A model generated the notes under the pieces. The model was not told the origin of the DNA. It worked only from the letters and a program-made list of their open reading frames with translations, and did no database searches. From Candidatus Micrarchaeia archaeon (GTDB taxonomy: Archaea; Micrarchaeota; Micrarchaeia; CAILAH01), in NCBI GenBank assembly GCA_049970015.1, contig JBMFNT010000015.1, positions 1-19,447 on the forward strand: 19,447 nt of DNA, read 5' to 3'. The position numbers and the translations under genes were made by a program. This document shows, in pieces, positions 16,625 through 19,447 of the stretch; positions within the stretch are counted from its first letter, which is position 1; every line of letters begins with the position of its first letter.

Positions 16625-16954
16625 TTACCTTACTAAACATCCTTCCTTAACATCCTTATCTGTCTTCAGTAGCGAGATAACACTTCCACAGTCTGCTGCA
16701 AGAATCATACCGTTAGATTCCACGCCAAATATTCTTTTAGGTTTAAGGTTTAAAAGCATTATTACTTTTTGGCCTATCAGCTCGTCAGGGTCATACTGGT
16801 CTCCTATCCCGGCAATAACCACCCTCTCCTCCTCTCCAGTCTCAACAGTAAGCCTGAGTAGTCTCTGGCTCCCTTCCATACGAACTGCCTCTTTTATGCG
16901 AACAACACGCATATCCAGTTTTGCAAAATCTTCATATTCAATCATCTCCTTCAT
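16625..16954 (-). CDS. Stand-alone tRNA-binding OB-fold protein (Trbp111/CsaA/MetRS C-terminal domain family)
   Basis: IEYEDFAKLDMRV, RLL.L.V..G, VIAGI...Y, NLKPKRIFGVESNGMILAA, G..VR. ATG overlaps the aIF6 stop. Confidence 0.9.
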   Translation of the reverse strand: MKEMIEYEDFAKLDMRVVRIKEAVRMEGSQRLLRLTVETGEEERVVIAGIGDQYDPDELIGQKVIMLLNLKPKRIFGVESNGMILAADCGSVISLLKTDKDVKEGCLVR

Positions 16955-17628
16955 CAAATACGCCTCCTTGAAAACCCTAAACCTTGGTCGATGCGCATAA
17001 CCTCAATACCTGTGGTATTCTCACTCACAACATACCCTTTTGAGTTTGCAATTATCCCATACATTGGGAACTCAAATCCAAAATTGACAGTGGAATTTAT
17101 CCCATCAACACCAAATATGTCACGGAGTTGATCCATTTCACTATCCGTAACATCATTATGCACCACAAACCCCTTATTAGTACAGATACATGCGCTCCCG
17201 CATGTATTATACCCCGCAATCTTTGCCCTGATAACTTCAACATCAAGAAACTCCCCTATCTCTTTTGAGGTTTTTGTATCAATATATTTAGATATTACTG
17301 CACCCTTGTCATTACAGCACATAATATTCCCCACCGCGGTATACTTGGACTTGAGTACATAAATGTCAAGGCCCGTCTCCTTTCTTATCCTGTGCAACTC
17401 TTCATTATATGCAAGGTGGGTAGTAATAATCCCATTGTTATTCATAGTACAATACAGCCCTATTAAACTAGAGTCATAAATGCTTGTTCTCACTATATCC
17501 ACCTTCAGCCTTTCACGCAAGGATTCTTCAAACTTCGGTTGTGAATCCTCAGGAATTAGGGCAAACTCATCATTGGCACGGGCAAAGATGCCTATGTAAG
17601 GATTTCCATAAAAAGCCAGCTTTAGCAT
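16954..17628 (-). CDS. eif6: Translation initiation factor 6 (aIF6)
   Basis: GNPYIGIF, SSLIG....MNNNG, AVGN...CNDKGA, TNKG.VVH, TVN.G, ANSKG, TTG.E..RI. Confidence 0.96.
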   Translation of the reverse strand: MLKLAFYGNPYIGIFARANDEFALIPEDSQPKFEESLRERLKVDIVRTSIYDSSLIGLYCTMNNNGIITTHLAYNEELHRIRKETGLDIYVLKSKYTAVGNIMCCNDKGAVISKYIDTKTSKEIGEFLDVEVIRAKIAGYNTCGSACICTNKGFVVHNDVTDSEMDQLRDIFGVDGINSTVNFGFEFPMYGIIANSKGYVVSENTTGIEVMRIDQGLGFSRRRI

Positions 17629-18041
17629 TATTGACTCCTACCTTTTTTCTCTTTGGGCTTTTTTCCGCTTGGTTCCTTAGGCACAGTACTTTCTTCTTGC
17701 TTCTGCTCATTTTTTTGCTTTGCTTCCTTCTCTTCGGCCTTCTTCGGTTTTGCGGTAGCAATAGTTTCTTTTGTGCCTTTGGCAGGCGCCTCAAGCATTA
17801 CAATCACAGCCCCTGTTTTTTCATCCTTTACCAGCTTGACACGGAGCCTTCGTGGAGGCCTCTGTATCCCATCACGCCATATATATTCATTAACATCTGT
17901 CCCGATTACCACCTTCTCAATATCTGCCTTCATATGCCTTGCTGCAAATCTACGCACCTCTTTTATAGCCCTTCTTGCACGCACGGTATGTTTACCCAAA
18001 GAGTAAACCTTACTTAAATTAATGGAATAAACTCTTTCCAT
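17628..18041 (-). CDS. rpl31e: 50S ribosomal protein eL31 with Lys/Glu-rich C-terminal tail
   Basis: ERVYSINL, RARRAIK.VR.F..RHMK, VNE.IW..GI.RPPRRLRV. Confidence 0.96.
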   Translation of the reverse strand: MERVYSINLSKVYSLGKHTVRARRAIKEVRRFAARHMKADIEKVVIGTDVNEYIWRDGIQRPPRRLRVKLVKDEKTGAVIVMLEAPAKGTKETIATAKPKKAEEKEAKQKNEQKQEESTVPKEPSGKKPKEKKGRSQ

Positions 18042-18042
18042 A

Positions 18043-18234
18043 TCAACACTCTCCTAACATCTTAATCTTGCTCCTGCTAAGCTTGAGTTTTTGAGTTCTC
18101 CAGTTCCTTCTTTCCGGATTATCGCTAACTTCTCTTTTGCTCCTAATAGTAGCAAACAAAGGAACCCTTCGGTTCTGTTTTCTCTTCTTGCCAAGCATTG
18201 TCTTTTTTATCTTTCTCAAATCAAGGTTTTTCAT
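18043..18234 (-). CDS. rpl39e: 50S ribosomal protein eL39
   Basis: KQNRRVP.F...R..R.V..NP.RRNWR..KL. Confidence 0.93.
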   Translation of the reverse strand: MKNLDLRKIKKTMLGKKRKQNRRVPLFATIRSKREVSDNPERRNWRTQKLKLSRSKIKMLGEC

Positions 18235-18239
18235 CTACA

Positions 18240-18539
18240 TCACTTCCTCCTTATCTCTATTGTTGGCTCCCTCCTATCGGTCAACCTTGAGAGTATTGCC
18301 ACAACCTCTTTCTCAGTAAGCATTCTGTTAAGGCGGCCACTACCAGCAAGCTGGACAACAACTTCAATAAGCTTGTCATAAACTTCAGGGCTTGCAACCT
18401 TTACATTCATAACCCTCTCATAAGCGGCACCATCAAGAAATTTTCTAAGTACCTCTTTCTTTTTCTCCTCAATGTAAGCTGCCTTTAGCCTTTCCTGTAT
18501 ACGTCTCTTTTGGTATTCTTCAAGCTCCTCATCTTCCAT
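18240..18539 (-). CDS. PDCD5/TFAR19-family DNA-binding protein
   Basis: DEELEE...RR, K..VLR..L...A.ER..NVK...PE, LTEKE...IL, I.IRRK, at its canonical position after rps19e. Confidence 0.9.
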   Translation of the reverse strand: MEDEELEEYQKRRIQERLKAAYIEEKKKEVLRKFLDGAAYERVMNVKVASPEVYDKLIEVVVQLAGSGRLNRMLTEKEVVAILSRLTDRREPTIEIRRK

Positions 18540-18554
18540 ACAACCACCCTGGCC

Positions 18555-18968
18555 TTAGCTAATCTCTTTACAAATGCGATCAATTAATTGTCTGCCCACA
18601 TCGCTTAGCTCTCTTCCACCTTTATCCGACTTCTTTAAGTACCCGGCATTCTCAAGCTGCTGCATAGCGTCGCGGATTATAGAACCTCCACTGTCTTTAT
18701 GATGTGCACTTCTCACGTGATGTCTCTTCCTCCCACCATAATGGCATTGTAGACTGCCTACACCTATTCTGCCCTTTATGTATGCTTGCCGAAGTATAGA
18801 TGCACACCTGACATACCAAAAATCCTCCCTATCGGGAGCATTCTCAACATGCGAACCGCTTTTGCAGTAACTTAGGTATTGTGGAGGTTTAATCTCATCG
18901 TTCTTGGCAAGTTCCTTAGCAAGTGCTTCAACAAGCTTTGTAGGCTCTATATCATATACAGTTTTCAT
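18555..18968 (-). CDS. rps19e: 30S ribosomal protein eS19
   Basis: TVYDI, FWYVRCASILR, GVGSL...YGG, GSIIR...QQLE.AGY, GR. Start 18968 or 18971. Confidence 0.97.
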   Translation of the reverse strand: MKTVYDIEPTKLVEALAKELAKNDEIKPPQYLSYCKSGSHVENAPDREDFWYVRCASILRQAYIKGRIGVGSLQCHYGGRKRHHVRSAHHKDSGGSIIRDAMQQLENAGYLKKSDKGGRELSDVGRQLIDRICKEIS

Positions 18969-18977
18969 CATCCCACC

Positions 18978-19298
18978 TCAGTACCTATACCTCTTTTTAT
19001 AACCACATATACATATATAGTCAATGCACCTATCCTTGCTGTTTGTACGCACCTTAAGCGTCTTTCCAATGATCCAAGGAAGATAACATTTTTTACAATA
19101 TTTTAGAGCTATCTCCTTTTTTAACCTTACCCTGTATCTCAACTGTATCTTTCTGGCGAGAGCGCAGTACCTTCTTGCAAAGCCCTCATTACCTTCCTTC
19201 ATAGCCTCAAAGGCCTTGTCAAGAAGGATCCTTATTCTCTCCTCGGCTATTGATTGCATACTTTCTTTCTTTTTTTTGCTTATCTTCCTTTTACTCAT
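18978..19298 (-). CDS. rnp4: Ribonuclease P protein component 4 (Rpp21)
   Basis: IAEERI..L...A, ARRY..LARKI..RYRV, CKKC...CICG zinc ribbon, at its canonical position upstream of rps19e. Confidence 0.93.
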   Translation of the reverse strand: MSKRKISKKKKESMQSIAEERIRILLDKAFEAMKEGNEGFARRYCALARKIQLRYRVRLKKEIALKYCKKCYLPWIIGKTLKVRTNSKDRCIDYICICGYKKRYRY

Positions 19299-19326
19299 TT
19301 CAGACGCTCTCAATCTTTTGTACGAG

Positions 19327-19340
19327 TGGGCCAGGAGAGA
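19327..19340 (-). tRNA. Putative tRNA 3'-terminal exon (positions 60-73), isotype undetermined
   Basis: Minus strand T-CTCTC-CTGGCCC-A corresponds to U60, the T-stem 3' strand starting at C61, the acceptor 3' strand and the discriminator. It is preceded by TGAA-GT, the spacing required to pair with TTCA(54-57) in a BHB for a 59/60 intron. Confidence 0.65.
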
Positions 19341-19447
19341 ACTTCAGCATTTATCCCCATTCCTTCTTTGGCTTTCTTAGGCACATGCGTTTGGCTAGGC
19401 CGAACGATGCATTCATCATGGCCATGAGCGAAACGAATGGCCGCGAG
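19341..19447 (-). other. Putative T-loop (59/60) tRNA intron, at least 107 nt, truncated by the window edge
   Basis: Non-coding, more GC-rich than the flanking genes, with several inverted repeats. The upstream exon (GAGAG-TTCA-like) is not within the window. Confidence 0.55.

Noticed and set aside
227..19106. The many antisense and alternate-frame ORFs in the track (e.g. 5405-6103 minus, 15302-15892 plus, 17484-18017 plus)
   Set aside because: They overlap well-supported conserved genes and show no motifs, so they are shadow ORFs.
141..19340. The left 5' half and right 3' piece belong to one tRNA (circular or permuted)
   Set aside because: GGGCCCG against CTGGCCC has a C6-U67 mismatch, the middle exon (38-59) is missing, and the content is clearly chromosomal. 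Two different tRNAs is the simpler explanation.
19393..19447. 5' end of SRP RNA on the plus strand (GGCTAGGCCG)
   Set aside because: No UGUNR Alu motif or proper helix 3, and no upstream TATA box. Only 55 nt are visible, so an Rfam scan of the extended sequence would settle it.
19320..19447. RNase P RNA, rRNA fragment or hammerhead ribozyme next to rnp4
   Set aside because: No GAGGAANNUC or ACAGAA...GGCUUA conserved regions, only short chance-level similarity to 23S rRNA, and no intact CUGANGA...GAAA core with a closing stem.

Overview
Archaeal chromosomal fragment, mostly housekeeping genes. The compact proteins and streamlined gene order suggest a reduced-genome, DPANN-like lineage (inference). 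Left to right: the 5' half of a tRNA-Arg(TCG) on the minus strand, interrupted after position 37 by a >140-nt hairpin-repeat sequence that runs off the window; a genome-maintenance block (HerA-family ATPase, RNase HIII-type nuclease, small hypothetical protein, convergent nuclease-less Hef/FANCM helicase, archaeal histone); the spc-like ribosomal operon from uS17 through secY, adkA, DUF106, eL34, cmk and eL14; and the convergent rnp4-eS19-PDCD5-eL39-eL31-aIF6-(Trbp111/CsaA-like)-eL20-pfdA-ftsY operon. At the right edge is a 14-nt tRNA 3' exon preceded by a correctly spaced bulge-helix-bulge half-site for a T-loop (59/60) intron of at least 107 nt. The most unusual signal is that both window ends fall inside unusually long, structured sequences interrupting tRNA genes. 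The partner exons lie outside the window, so long intron versus split tRNA cannot be settled here.
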